42,992 nt of DNA from Nitrospinota bacterium (GTDB lineage: Bacteria > Nitrospinota_A > JADGAW01). The translations under genes and the position numbers were made by a program. Shown one piece after another: positions 18,078 through 26,299 of this stretch; positions within the stretch are counted from its first letter, which is position 1, and every line of letters starts with the position of its first letter. The stretch covers positions 1 through 42,992 of the forward strand of contig JADGAW010000002.1 of the NCBI GenBank assembly GCA_015231815.1, given 5' to 3'. Below the pieces are notes generated by a model. That model was not told the origin of the DNA. It saw nothing but the letters and a program-made list of their open reading frames with translations, and made no database searches.

Positions 18078-18902
18078 TTAAAGATACGATTCTTTTACGG
18101 TTATGTGCCAAGGTTCGTACCGAACTCCAAGGTTATTTCCCTTAGGGTATCGTAAAGAAACGTAATCAAGCTCAAGGAGTTTTTTAAAAAGATCCGTTTG
18201 CGCAAATTTATCAGTAAAATTAGCTGAACCGAGCCCTACTTTTCCTACATCAAAGTCGCTTATTCCATGATAGGAATATCCTGGAGGTGCCAAAGACCTT
18301 GAAGCAAGGGAGAGGTTACCTTCACTCTTATATACCTTATTTAAAAATAAAAGAAACTGTTTCATAACACTTCGTACACCGGAGGTTAAGTACATTTCTT
18401 CTCCAATATCTTTTTTGATTTTTTTGTACAGCTTTTCCGGCATGCCTTTGTATAAATAATTACCGGTACCCCTGACTTTAACAACACTTCTTTTATGTAC
18501 TTTTGTTGTTAGGGATTTCATAGGTTTGTCACCTTTAAAACCATAGACGGAGCAGTCTGCATAAAAAAGTTCGGCAAGAAAATCCAATTCATCTTTTGTG
18601 AATGTTCCAACCTTTGAATAATTTTTGGAAATTGCTATTGCCTCATCGAAGTTAAGCAGATAAAAATTGCTGTGCCCTACAATACGTTGAATACGGTACA
18701 TTTTTTTTAGAGATGTATTGAGAAGGGGGAGTTTACTCTTTGCGAGAAAAATATCGTCTTTATGGTGTTTGTTGAAGTTTCTCATCTTAAGCATATAGGC
18801 ACTGTTGGATAATGACGCTTCAGACAGGTTGGGTAAGAGCATACTGCCGGTAAAACCAGCTATAGCAAGTGATGTATTGCTCAGAAAATCTCTTCTGTTC
18901 AT
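18078..18902 (-). CDS. Tat-exported M15B (VanY-like) D-Ala-D-Ala carboxypeptidase
   Basis: MNRRDFL twin-arginine signal with ASL/SEA cleavage region; TSGVRS, APPGYSYHGISDFD, YEPWH. Confidence 0.88.
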   Translation of the reverse strand: MNRRDFLSNTSLAIAGFTGSMLLPNLSEASLSNSAYMLKMRNFNKHHKDDIFLAKSKLPLLNTSLKKMYRIQRIVGHSNFYLLNFDEAIAISKNYSKVGTFTKDELDFLAELFYADCSVYGFKGDKPMKSLTTKVHKRSVVKVRGTGNYLYKGMPEKLYKKIKKDIGEEMYLTSGVRSVMKQFLLFLNKVYKSEGNLSLASRSLAPPGYSYHGISDFDVGKVGLGSANFTDKFAQTDLFKKLLELDYVSLRYPKGNNLGVRYEPWHITVKESYL

Positions 18903-19009
18903 GGTCTTTTTATGTTCATAAAAGGTAAAAGTTTTATAATTATATCAATATGCGTAAAAATCAATAAAAAAAAATCATTTCTCTTTATCTAAAGCCTGTT
19001 GTAGGCATT

Positions 19010-19228
19010 ATGACCATAAAAAATAATGAAATATGTACCCGGTGTGGAAAAATTTTTGAGACATACACGAAAGAAGAACCACAAAGGGAGAAGATGGAGT
19101 CAAATCTTTGTTTTGACTGTACCTTTAAAGAATATAATAAAGCAAAAAATAAAAGAAAGCTCCTTTACCTTTCCGGATTTGTTATTATTGTTGTTTTATT
19201 CAGTTGTCTTGTAATTCTTTATAGATGA
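19010..19228 (+). CDS. Small putative Zn-binding protein with C-terminal membrane anchor
   Basis: CTRC-x21-CFDC, basic patch, then a hydrophobic helix. ATGA overlap with the HEPN gene. Confidence 0.6.
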   Translation: MTIKNNEICTRCGKIFETYTKEEPQREKMESNLCFDCTFKEYNKAKNKRKLLYLSGFVIIVVLFSCLVILYR

Positions 19229-19605
19229 GAAAAAACGCTAAAGAGTGGTTAAAGCAGGCGAAATATGATATTGAAACTGCTGAGTACCTGTTAAAGGGGG
19301 AAAGAAATTCCTATGCTGTCTTTCTCTGTCATCTTTCCATAGAAAAAGCTCTTAAAGGAGTCTATCAGAAGAGAGTCGGGCGAATTGCTCCGAAAACACA
19401 TAACTTTATTTACATGTTAAGAAAAAGTGAGATAGAGCCCCCTCAGGAATACAGAAAATTTCTTGCTAAATTAAATGGGGCAAGCGTTATAACCCGCTAC
19501 CCGGAGAACCTTGAAAAAGTTAAAAAATTTTACCCTTTAACTGTGGTAAAGGAAATTGTTCATAAAAGCAAACAAACATTAGAATGGATAGAGAGCATGT
19601 ATTAA
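19225..19605 (+). CDS. HEPN domain protein
   Basis: EWLKQAKYD, FLCHLSIEKALKG, PKTHN, TRYP. Confidence 0.92.
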   Translation: MRKNAKEWLKQAKYDIETAEYLLKGERNSYAVFLCHLSIEKALKGVYQKRVGRIAPKTHNFIYMLRKSEIEPPQEYRKFLAKLNGASVITRYPENLEKVKKFYPLTVVKEIVHKSKQTLEWIESMY

Positions 19606-19901
19606 GAGTCATACGTGACTTTAAAGAGGCGATGGAGAGCCGAAACGTAAAAATTAATAAAATAATTTTATTTGGTTCCTGTGCCCGAGGTGATTACAAA
19701 GAAGGCAGTGATATTGATGTTATTGTTATCTCTGAAAGTTTTAAAAAATTCACCTTTTGGGAACGCCTTGATATTGTTGCAGAGGTAATTGGTGATTTAT
19801 TTGAACCAATTGAACCTGTGCTTATGACTCAGGAAGAGTGGGATGCCGGAGATTCTCTCTTTGTTGAATATGCAAAAAACGGTGAAGTATTTCAATATTA
19901 G
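19584..19901 (+). CDS. Minimal nucleotidyltransferase (MNT)
   Basis: ILFGSCARGDYKEGSDIDVIVIS (GS-x10-DxD), 105 aa, overlapping HEPN. Confidence 0.93.
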   Translation: MDREHVLRVIRDFKEAMESRNVKINKIILFGSCARGDYKEGSDIDVIVISESFKKFTFWERLDIVAEVIGDLFEPIEPVLMTQEEWDAGDSLFVEYAKNGEVFQY

Positions 19902-19949
19902 ACAGAGGTTTGCAATGGATGCACAAACCATCTATTTCAACAAGATTTC

Positions 19950-20072
19950 TTAGAATCCTTGGACGGGAAGCTCAATGGGGATTGAGAGGGGCATGACGGT
20001 GATGTTTTTTTCGACGGGGTAGCATTCCGTTGCGGTCTTTATTCGCTGAAGATAGGTTTTCCTGTTAATCAT
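19950..20072 (-). pseudogene. 40-codon remnant, probably an internally deleted AAA_14/DUF4143 ATPase
   Basis: MINRKTYLQRIKTA fused to TECYPVEKNITVMPLS. The halves resemble, from recall, the extreme N- and C-termini of that family. Confidence 0.5.
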
Positions 20073-20084
20073 GGGGTTATTTTG

Positions 20085-20123
20085 TCATTGAAATCTCGGA
20101 GTTTAACTCCGAAATTTCAATGA
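20085..20123. promoter_or_regulatory. 39 bp near-perfect palindrome (operator and/or terminator)
   Basis: TCATTGAAATCTCGGAGTT-T-AACTCCGAAATTTCAATGA: 19 bp arms with one mismatch. Confidence 0.75.
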
Positions 20124-20127
20124 TAAT

Positions 20128-20547
20128 TCAGGCGACCTTGCTTTCGCTGAGAACAATGTCCGTGTCCGGTGACAAGGCATGCAGGAGTTCATTCAGTTTT
20201 TCGACCGAAGGAACCGACTGCCCTTGCTCGTAGCGGGCGTAGGCGTTTCTTGAGGATGATCCGAGCCGTTGGGCGACTTGGGAAAGTGAAAGCCCGCTCA
20301 TCTCTCGTTTTCTTCGCAGGAGCAACGGGATCAACTCCTTGAGGCTTGAAAAGCCGATCTCAAATTCCCCGCCTATTTTTTTATAAAGCTCTATGTGCAA
20401 TTCATGGTTGCCATGCAACGATTTCAGCAGGTCAACGACCATCTCATAGGCTTCTTTCTTCGTGTGGCCTTGTGTCATCACGTCAAGCATGGGAATTTCG
20501 GCAAGCCAGAATGTGCCGTCCATAAATATTTTTCCTGAAAGCCTCAT
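20128..20547 (-). CDS. HicB-like antitoxin with C-terminal XRE helix-turn-helix
   Basis: WLAEIPMLDVMTQGHTKKEA (HicB-like fold) plus LLRRKREMSGLSLSQVAQRLG...YARYEQG..PS (XRE). AAGGAG RBS before ATG 20547. Confidence 0.82.
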   Translation of the reverse strand: MRLSGKIFMDGTFWLAEIPMLDVMTQGHTKKEAYEMVVDLLKSLHGNHELHIELYKKIGGEFEIGFSSLKELIPLLLRRKREMSGLSLSQVAQRLGSSSRNAYARYEQGQSVPSVEKLNELLHALSPDTDIVLSESKVA

Positions 20548-20716
20548 TGTTTCGCTCCTTTCTTCGCTTTTTTTATTCAATAGGTAAAAAACGTTTTTTC
20601 TTCAATAGAAAGGAGAAAATCTCTCGACATTTTGAGATGACCTGACTTAAGCTAAAGATACTTTAATGCAAAAGAGTTTACTAAGCTTGAGGTTGGTCGA
20701 ATATACTTTGAGGGCG

Positions 20717-21592
20717 TTACGAGGTAGTTTTTTCAAGAAGTGATTCAACAGTGGTAATGTGGGTGTTCATCCGCATATGTTTTGAATCAATTCCAAGAGC
20801 TAAACCTATGAGCTGAGGAGTGTGAAGAACAGGAAGTCCGAAATTTCCTGAAGTATATTTTTCCATCTCAAATTGGTAGGAATCAAAGCTGAGGAAGCAA
20901 AGAGGGCAGGGAGTTACCAAGCAGTCGGCTCCAGCATTTTTTGCACCATTTATAGCATTTCCTCCCATGGTAAGAGAGTTTTTCTTGTTCATCATAAGAA
21001 TGGGAAATCCACAGCAGGCAAGCCGTTCTGGGTAATCAACAGGCTCTGCTCCAAGTGCTTTAATAAGTTTTTCCAGTTCATCCGGATTATCAGGGTTTTC
21101 CAAATAAGAGTTTTCGGAAGGTCTTAAGGTGTAACAGCCATAAAAAGGTGCTGATTTTACTCCCTTTAAAGGATTTACAACCTTTTCTTTTAATTTGTCC
21201 AGACCATAATCCTGAAGAATTATTTCTGTCAGACCTTTAACCTTAACGGTACCTTTAAATTCTTTTTTTATTTCAGCCAATTCTGCGTTTACTTTCTTTT
21301 TATACGCATCATCACTCGTTAATTTTTTGAGGGTTTTAACCAAAACTCCCTGACAGGTTCCACATATAGTCATAATATCAAGACCCTGTTCCTCAGCAGA
21401 AGCAAAGGTTCTTGCATTTACAACATCAGCAAGAAAGGGGTTTCCTTCATGAATTACACCAGCACCGCAACAAGCAGCATCAGTCATTTCAACAAGTTCG
21501 ATACCCAGCTTTTCAGCAACAAGAAAGGTGGCTGTATAAAGTTCTTTGCCAGCTCCTTTTGCTACACAACCAGTATATAAGGCGTATTTCAT
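20717..21592 (-). CDS. HdrB-like CCG-domain subunit of succinate:quinone oxidoreductase (SdhE-type anchor)
   Basis: YTGC, ACCGAG, CGTC, FYGC, ACCGFP, TPCPLC: two CCG domains. Operonic with sdhAB. Confidence 0.9.
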   Translation of the reverse strand: MKYALYTGCVAKGAGKELYTATFLVAEKLGIELVEMTDAACCGAGVIHEGNPFLADVVNARTFASAEEQGLDIMTICGTCQGVLVKTLKKLTSDDAYKKKVNAELAEIKKEFKGTVKVKGLTEIILQDYGLDKLKEKVVNPLKGVKSAPFYGCYTLRPSENSYLENPDNPDELEKLIKALGAEPVDYPERLACCGFPILMMNKKNSLTMGGNAINGAKNAGADCLVTPCPLCFLSFDSYQFEMEKYTSGNFGLPVLHTPQLIGLALGIDSKHMRMNTHITTVESLLEKTTS

Positions 21593-21593
21593 T

Positions 21594-22547
21594 CTATAGT
21601 TTGTTTAATTTCTTGAATATTTTTCTCACTTCACCTACTTTATCAACATTATGATGAATCATTGAAGGTGCTTTTCCGTGGGAGAGCATTTTTAAGCCAA
21701 CCGGCATAATTTCGCCGAGGTTTGCATGTAAATTACCAATACCAACTGATTCAATGGGGATTTTTCTTTCATCCAATGTGCCTGAACTTCCAACAGATTT
21801 AAAGAAGGAGAGTAAATGCCGTGCTCCTCCATTATTATGAACCCCAGCATTGACCACTCGTTCCCGGATTTCTTCAATTCTTGAGAGAGGTTTTGCGTCA
21901 GTTGGACAACGTTCAGAACATTCACCGCAATGGGTACAATCCCAAACTTTTGTTGGCTCAGAAATTTCCCGGGTTCTTTGTACAAAGTTTTTATCCCGTG
22001 AATCATCAATGAACCTCTGAGCTTTAGCTAATGCAGCAGGCCCGACATAGTTTTTATCTACTTTTAAACTGTTACATTCTGAAATACAGCATGCACAAAG
22101 AATACAGGTAGAAGCATCTTCGATTTTATGGTAACCCTCAGAGCTTTGATAAAATTCTTTCGTTGTATCCTTTGGTTTATTCGCAAATAACCAGGGCTTA
22201 ACCTTTTTTAACTTATACCAGAAGGGCTCGAGGTCAACAACAAGGTCTTTAATAATATCAGTGTTGCCGATTGGACCAATACGAAGTTTTCCGTTGGTAA
22301 TAACATCATCTGCCTGTGTTTTGCAGCCAAGTTTTGATTTTCCGTTAATTCTAAAGGCACAGGAACCGCAAATTGCTGAACGACAGGACATTCGATAGGT
22401 TAGGGTGTGATCCTGTTCCCATTTAATTTTATTTAAACAGTCAAGAACCGTAAGTCCATTAGGAATTTCAATGGTGAAGTCCTGTTGATAACTTCCTCGT
22501 TGATTTTCCTGATCAAACCTGTCAATTGTTACAACTACAGTTTTCAT
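21594..22547 (-). CDS. sdhB: Succinate dehydrogenase/fumarate reductase Fe-S subunit
   Basis: CRSAICGSC...C [2Fe-2S]; CILCACCISEC; CTHCGECSERCP; long C-terminal extension. Confidence 0.93.
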   Translation of the reverse strand: MKTVVVTIDRFDQENQRGSYQQDFTIEIPNGLTVLDCLNKIKWEQDHTLTYRMSCRSAICGSCAFRINGKSKLGCKTQADDVITNGKLRIGPIGNTDIIKDLVVDLEPFWYKLKKVKPWLFANKPKDTTKEFYQSSEGYHKIEDASTCILCACCISECNSLKVDKNYVGPAALAKAQRFIDDSRDKNFVQRTREISEPTKVWDCTHCGECSERCPTDAKPLSRIEEIRERVVNAGVHNNGGARHLLSFFKSVGSSGTLDERKIPIESVGIGNLHANLGEIMPVGLKMLSHGKAPSMIHHNVDKVGEVRKIFKKLNKL

Positions 22548-24265
22548 TAATATTTTCTTTCTTCTGGTTGATGTTTGGTAATAGAAACCGGCTTATAATC
22601 AAGTTTTATTTCCCCATCGGCGGATTTCGTCGCCAAGGTATGTTTTAGCCAATTGACATCATCTCTTTTTTCATAATCAGTTCTGGCATGTCCGCCTCTG
22701 CTTTCTTTTCTTTCAATTGCTCCAACTAAAATAATTTCAGAAAAATCCAGCATATTTTTTAATTCAATTGCCTCAAAAAAATCGGTATTGAAGAGGCTTC
22801 CCTTATCACCGAGAGAGCAATCCTTAAATCTTTTTTGGAGATCCTTAATCTTATTCAGGCAACGTCCCATTTTTTCAGGATTTCTATACACACCGCAGTC
22901 GTTAGTCATACTGTTTTTCATTTCATTTCTCACAACATTAATGGATTCCTTGCCGTTCATTTCCCGCAGTTCTTTGGTCAGTTTATTTGTTCTTTCCAAG
23001 GCATGGTTTTCATCACTTATTTCCACTCTATTTGTGTTCAGAGCAAATTCATTTAAGGAAGCTCCTGCTCTTTTACCAAAAACAACCGCTTCAAGGAGAG
23101 AGTTGGTTCCAAGCCTGTTTGCACCATGAACTGAAACACAGGCACATTCTCCGGCGGCAAAAAGTCCTCTAACCGGTGAAGAGTCTTTATCCCTGATTAC
23201 CTGACCATGAACATCGCAGGGAATTCCTCCCATTGAATAGTGGGCGGTAGGTTGGATCGGAATGGGAGCATCTATCATATCAACACCAATGAAATCAATT
23301 CCCAGTTGTCTTACCTGAGGAAGTTTTTCAAGAATTTTTTCTCGTCCCAGATGTCTCATGTCAAGATGGACAAAATCTTTGCCGTCAATTCCACGACCTT
23401 CGTTTATTTCCGTTTGTTCAGAGCGGGAAACAATATCCCGTGGAGCAAGTTCCATCATTTTAGAAGCGTAGGTTTCCATAAAACGCTCGCCTTTTCCATT
23501 AACAAGATACCCTCCTTCACCACGGGCAGCCTCAGACACAAGAATTCCCTGTCCGTAAAGTCCTGTAGGGTGAAACTGAACAAATTCCATATCCATTAAG
23601 GGAACTCCGTTATTCATTGCTGCAATTAAACCATCTCCGCTACAGGCAAAAGCATTGGAGGTAATTTGAAATGCTCTACCATAACCACCAGTAGCCATTA
23701 ATACTGCTTTACTGTTTAATACCTCAATTTTTCCCGTTTTAATGTCCTGAATAATTGCACCGTTACAGGTGAAGTCATTTATGACTAAATCTCTTAAATA
23801 GTACTCTGAGTATATGGTGAGTTTTTTTGAAACTTTAAGGATTTGTTCATAAAGTGAATGAAGTAAAGCATGACCTGTTCTATCAGCCGCATAGCATGAG
23901 CGAGGTTTTGAATGACCTCCAAAGGCTCTTTGGGCTATTCTTCCTTTTTCATCACGACTAAAAACGCAACCAAAATGTTCCATTTCACGAATAACATGGG
24001 GAGCATCGTTCACCATTATTTCAATTGCATCCTGATCGCCAAGGAAGTCAGACCCCTTAACGGTATCAAACATATGAAAATCAGGTGAGTCGTCTTCAGC
24101 AAGGTTTGCAAGAGCTGCTGCTACGCCTCCCTGTGCAGCTCCGGAATGAGATCGAGTGGGATATATTTTGGTAACAATGGCAACATCATGGTTTTCACAT
24201 GCTTCCAGAGCAGCCCGCATACCGGCTAATCCAGCACCAATAATAACAATATCGTGTTTAATCAA
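22547..24265 (-). CDS. sdhA: Succinate dehydrogenase/fumarate reductase flavoprotein subunit
   Basis: [16 protein letters not shown] (covalent-FAD His), [41 protein letters not shown] start. Confidence 0.96.
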   Translation of the reverse strand: MIKHDIVIIGAGLAGMRAALEACENHDVAIVTKIYPTRSHSGAAQGGVAAALANLAEDDSPDFHMFDTVKGSDFLGDQDAIEIMVNDAPHVIREMEHFGCVFSRDEKGRIAQRAFGGHSKPRSCYAADRTGHALLHSLYEQILKVSKKLTIYSEYYLRDLVINDFTCNGAIIQDIKTGKIEVLNSKAVLMATGGYGRAFQITSNAFACSGDGLIAAMNNGVPLMDMEFVQFHPTGLYGQGILVSEAARGEGGYLVNGKGERFMETYASKMMELAPRDIVSRSEQTEINEGRGIDGKDFVHLDMRHLGREKILEKLPQVRQLGIDFIGVDMIDAPIPIQPTAHYSMGGIPCDVHGQVIRDKDSSPVRGLFAAGECACVSVHGANRLGTNSLLEAVVFGKRAGASLNEFALNTNRVEISDENHALERTNKLTKELREMNGKESINVVRNEMKNSMTNDCGVYRNPEKMGRCLNKIKDLQKRFKDCSLGDKGSLFNTDFFEAIELKNMLDFSEIILVGAIERKESRGGHARTDYEKRDDVNWLKHTLATKSADGEIKLDYKPVSITKHQPEERKY

Positions 24266-24403
24266 AATTAAATAAAATCTGTTTGTTAATCTGACGGTTT
24301 AAAAGAGTCGCTATATTATCAAAATATATTCGTATTTGTAAAGATAATTTATAAAGATAAAAAGTTTTCTCTGATAAAATAGCTACCTTTTTAGACATTA
24401 ACC

Positions 24404-24424
24404 TGCCTGAAAATAGAACAGGCA
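24404..24424. promoter_or_regulatory. Dyad in the sdhA/ctpA divergent promoter region
   Basis: TGCCTG-N9-CAGGCA. Confidence 0.3.
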
Positions 24425-24490
24425 ATGGTTATTTATCTGAATTATAGCTGAAAGCACGTTTATAATTTACTTTTTAATTGAGGAGCAATT

Positions 24491-25834
24491 GTGAAAAAAA
24501 GATTTTTAATTCCACTCATCGCGATTTCCACCGTAGTTGGGGTTCTTTATGTTGAGTATGTAAAAACTGCTGTAGCTGGTCAGGACAACATTTACTCAAA
24601 CCTTAAAACATTTTCTCAGATTTTAAAGATTGTTCAGGAAGGTTATGTTGAGGAAAAGAGTTCTGATGAACTTATTGAAGGTGCAATACAAGGTTTGCTT
24701 ACCAGTCTGGATGCCCACTCATCTTTTTTAAACAAAGAATCTTTTAAAGAAATGAGGGTGGATACGGAAGGAGAATTTGGGGGTCTTGGAATTGAAATAA
24801 CTATGAGAAAAGGTATTTTGACCGTTGTTGCTCCAATAGAAGATACTCCGGCAGATAAGGCTGGGGTAATGTCCGGAGATAAAATACTTGCTGTCGATGG
24901 CGAGCAAACAAGCGATTTAACCCTTACCGAAGCAGTGAAAAAAATGAGGGGAAAACCTAACACAAAGGTTGTTCTTACTGTTTATCGTGACGGAGAGGAT
25001 AAAACCAGAGATATAACAATCATACGGCAGGTTATTCATGTAAAATCCACAAAATCGGGCATTATTGATGATGGCATAGGTTATATAAGGCTTATTAATT
25101 TCAATAAAAATACTGCTCCTGAAATGAATGATGCATTAGAGGAGTTCACGAAAGCTCCATTAAGAGGTTTGGTTCTTGACTTGAGAAATAACCCGGGTGG
25201 TTTGTTGGATCAAGCGGTTAAAGTTAGTGAAGCCTTTATTCCCAAAGGAGAAATGGTCGTATATACCAAAGGGAGAGTTCGAAAGCAAAATATGGAGTTT
25301 AAAAGTAATAACCCTACTCCTTACCTTAATTTTCCTATTGTTGTTATTGTAAATCAGGGGTCTGCATCTGCATCAGAAATTGTTGCCGGAGCTTTACAGG
25401 ACACAAAACGAGCGGTTATTTTAGGCACAAAAACGTTTGGAAAGGGCTCTGTACAAACTGTAATTCCTTTAGCTGATGGTTCTGCAATCAGACTTACCAC
25501 CTCCCGATACTATACCCCTGCTGGTCAGGTAATTCAGGAAAATGGTATTACTCCTGACTTGAAAGTTGAAAGGGTTTTTACCGAGATGGATGATGAAGAA
25601 AAGAAAAAAATGGTTATTCGGGAAAAGGATTTAAAAAATACCCTGACAGCAAAGGATTCCAAGGGAAAAGTCTATAAAAAGGAAGACACGAAGAAAGAAG
25701 AAAAAAACTATGACAAAATTTTCGAAAAACTACGATTGAAAAAGAATGACAACCAGTTACAAAGTGCTTTACAATTGTTAAAAAGCTGGGAAGTCTTTAA
25801 GAAAATCACTCAAAATAAATACAGCAAGAAATAG
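24491..25834 (+). CDS. ctpA: Carboxy-terminal processing protease (S41A, PDZ)
   Basis: N-terminal signal/anchor, [39 protein letters not shown] before GTG. Confidence 0.95.
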   Translation: MKKRFLIPLIAISTVVGVLYVEYVKTAVAGQDNIYSNLKTFSQILKIVQEGYVEEKSSDELIEGAIQGLLTSLDAHSSFLNKESFKEMRVDTEGEFGGLGIEITMRKGILTVVAPIEDTPADKAGVMSGDKILAVDGEQTSDLTLTEAVKKMRGKPNTKVVLTVYRDGEDKTRDITIIRQVIHVKSTKSGIIDDGIGYIRLINFNKNTAPEMNDALEEFTKAPLRGLVLDLRNNPGGLLDQAVKVSEAFIPKGEMVVYTKGRVRKQNMEFKSNNPTPYLNFPIVVIVNQGSASASEIVAGALQDTKRAVILGTKTFGKGSVQTVIPLADGSAIRLTTSRYYTPAGQVIQENGITPDLKVERVFTEMDDEEKKKMVIREKDLKNTLTAKDSKGKVYKKEDTKKEEKNYDKIFEKLRLKKNDNQLQSALQLLKSWEVFKKITQNKYSKK

Positions 25835-25844
25835 GAGAACCACA

Positions 25845-26114
25845 ATGCCAATTTATGAATATGTTTGTAATGATTGTGAACATAAATTTGAACTTTTGCA
25901 AAGCATAGGTGCTGAAGCTGCAGAAGATTGCCCTGCATGTGAGGGTAAAAATGTTCAGAAATTAATTTCCAATAGCAGTTTTGTGTTAAAAGGAACTGGT
26001 TGGTATGTGACAGATTATAAAGATAAGAAAAAAAATGACTCAAAGAGCTCCAGTACAACGGAAGCAAAGCCGGAAAGCAAGAAAAGCCCTGAAAAGGCTA
26101 CAGTACCAGCATAA
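25845..26114 (+). CDS. FmdB-family zinc-ribbon protein
   Basis: [11 protein letters not shown]...CPAC...[11 protein letters not shown]; AGGAG RBS. Confidence 0.93.
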   Translation: MPIYEYVCNDCEHKFELLQSIGAEAAEDCPACEGKNVQKLISNSSFVLKGTGWYVTDYKDKKKNDSKSSSTTEAKPESKKSPEKATVPA

Positions 26115-26250
26115 CGAGTTGTTTGTAATATGTTACCGTAACAGTTGCAGGTAATTTTTTTGTGTTGTTGTAATTGTCGGATCAGTAAATAGGTAGAAGA
26201 ATAGAAGAGGACATGTTTTGATCTTCAACTTAATCTTCTATCTTTCAAAC

Positions 26251-26277
26251 TTTTTTCAATGTTTTTTATTGAAAAAA
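26251..26277. promoter_or_regulatory. Perfect 10 bp inverted repeat upstream of the NtrC-family gene
   Basis: TTTTTTCAAT-N7-ATTGAAAAAA, 22 nt before ATG 26300. AT-only arms lower its significance. Confidence 0.35.
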
Positions 26278-26299
26278 ACTTAACATTCTTTTTTCATCA

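Noticed and set aside
18078-18902. Vancomycin-resistance gene
   Set aside because: No vanHAX or vanRS neighbours, and the host is a diderm; a housekeeping peptidase is more likely.
20717-21592. Heterodisulfide reductase / methanogenesis marker
   Set aside because: Operonic with sdhAB and no hdrA; better explained as the SQR CCG subunit.
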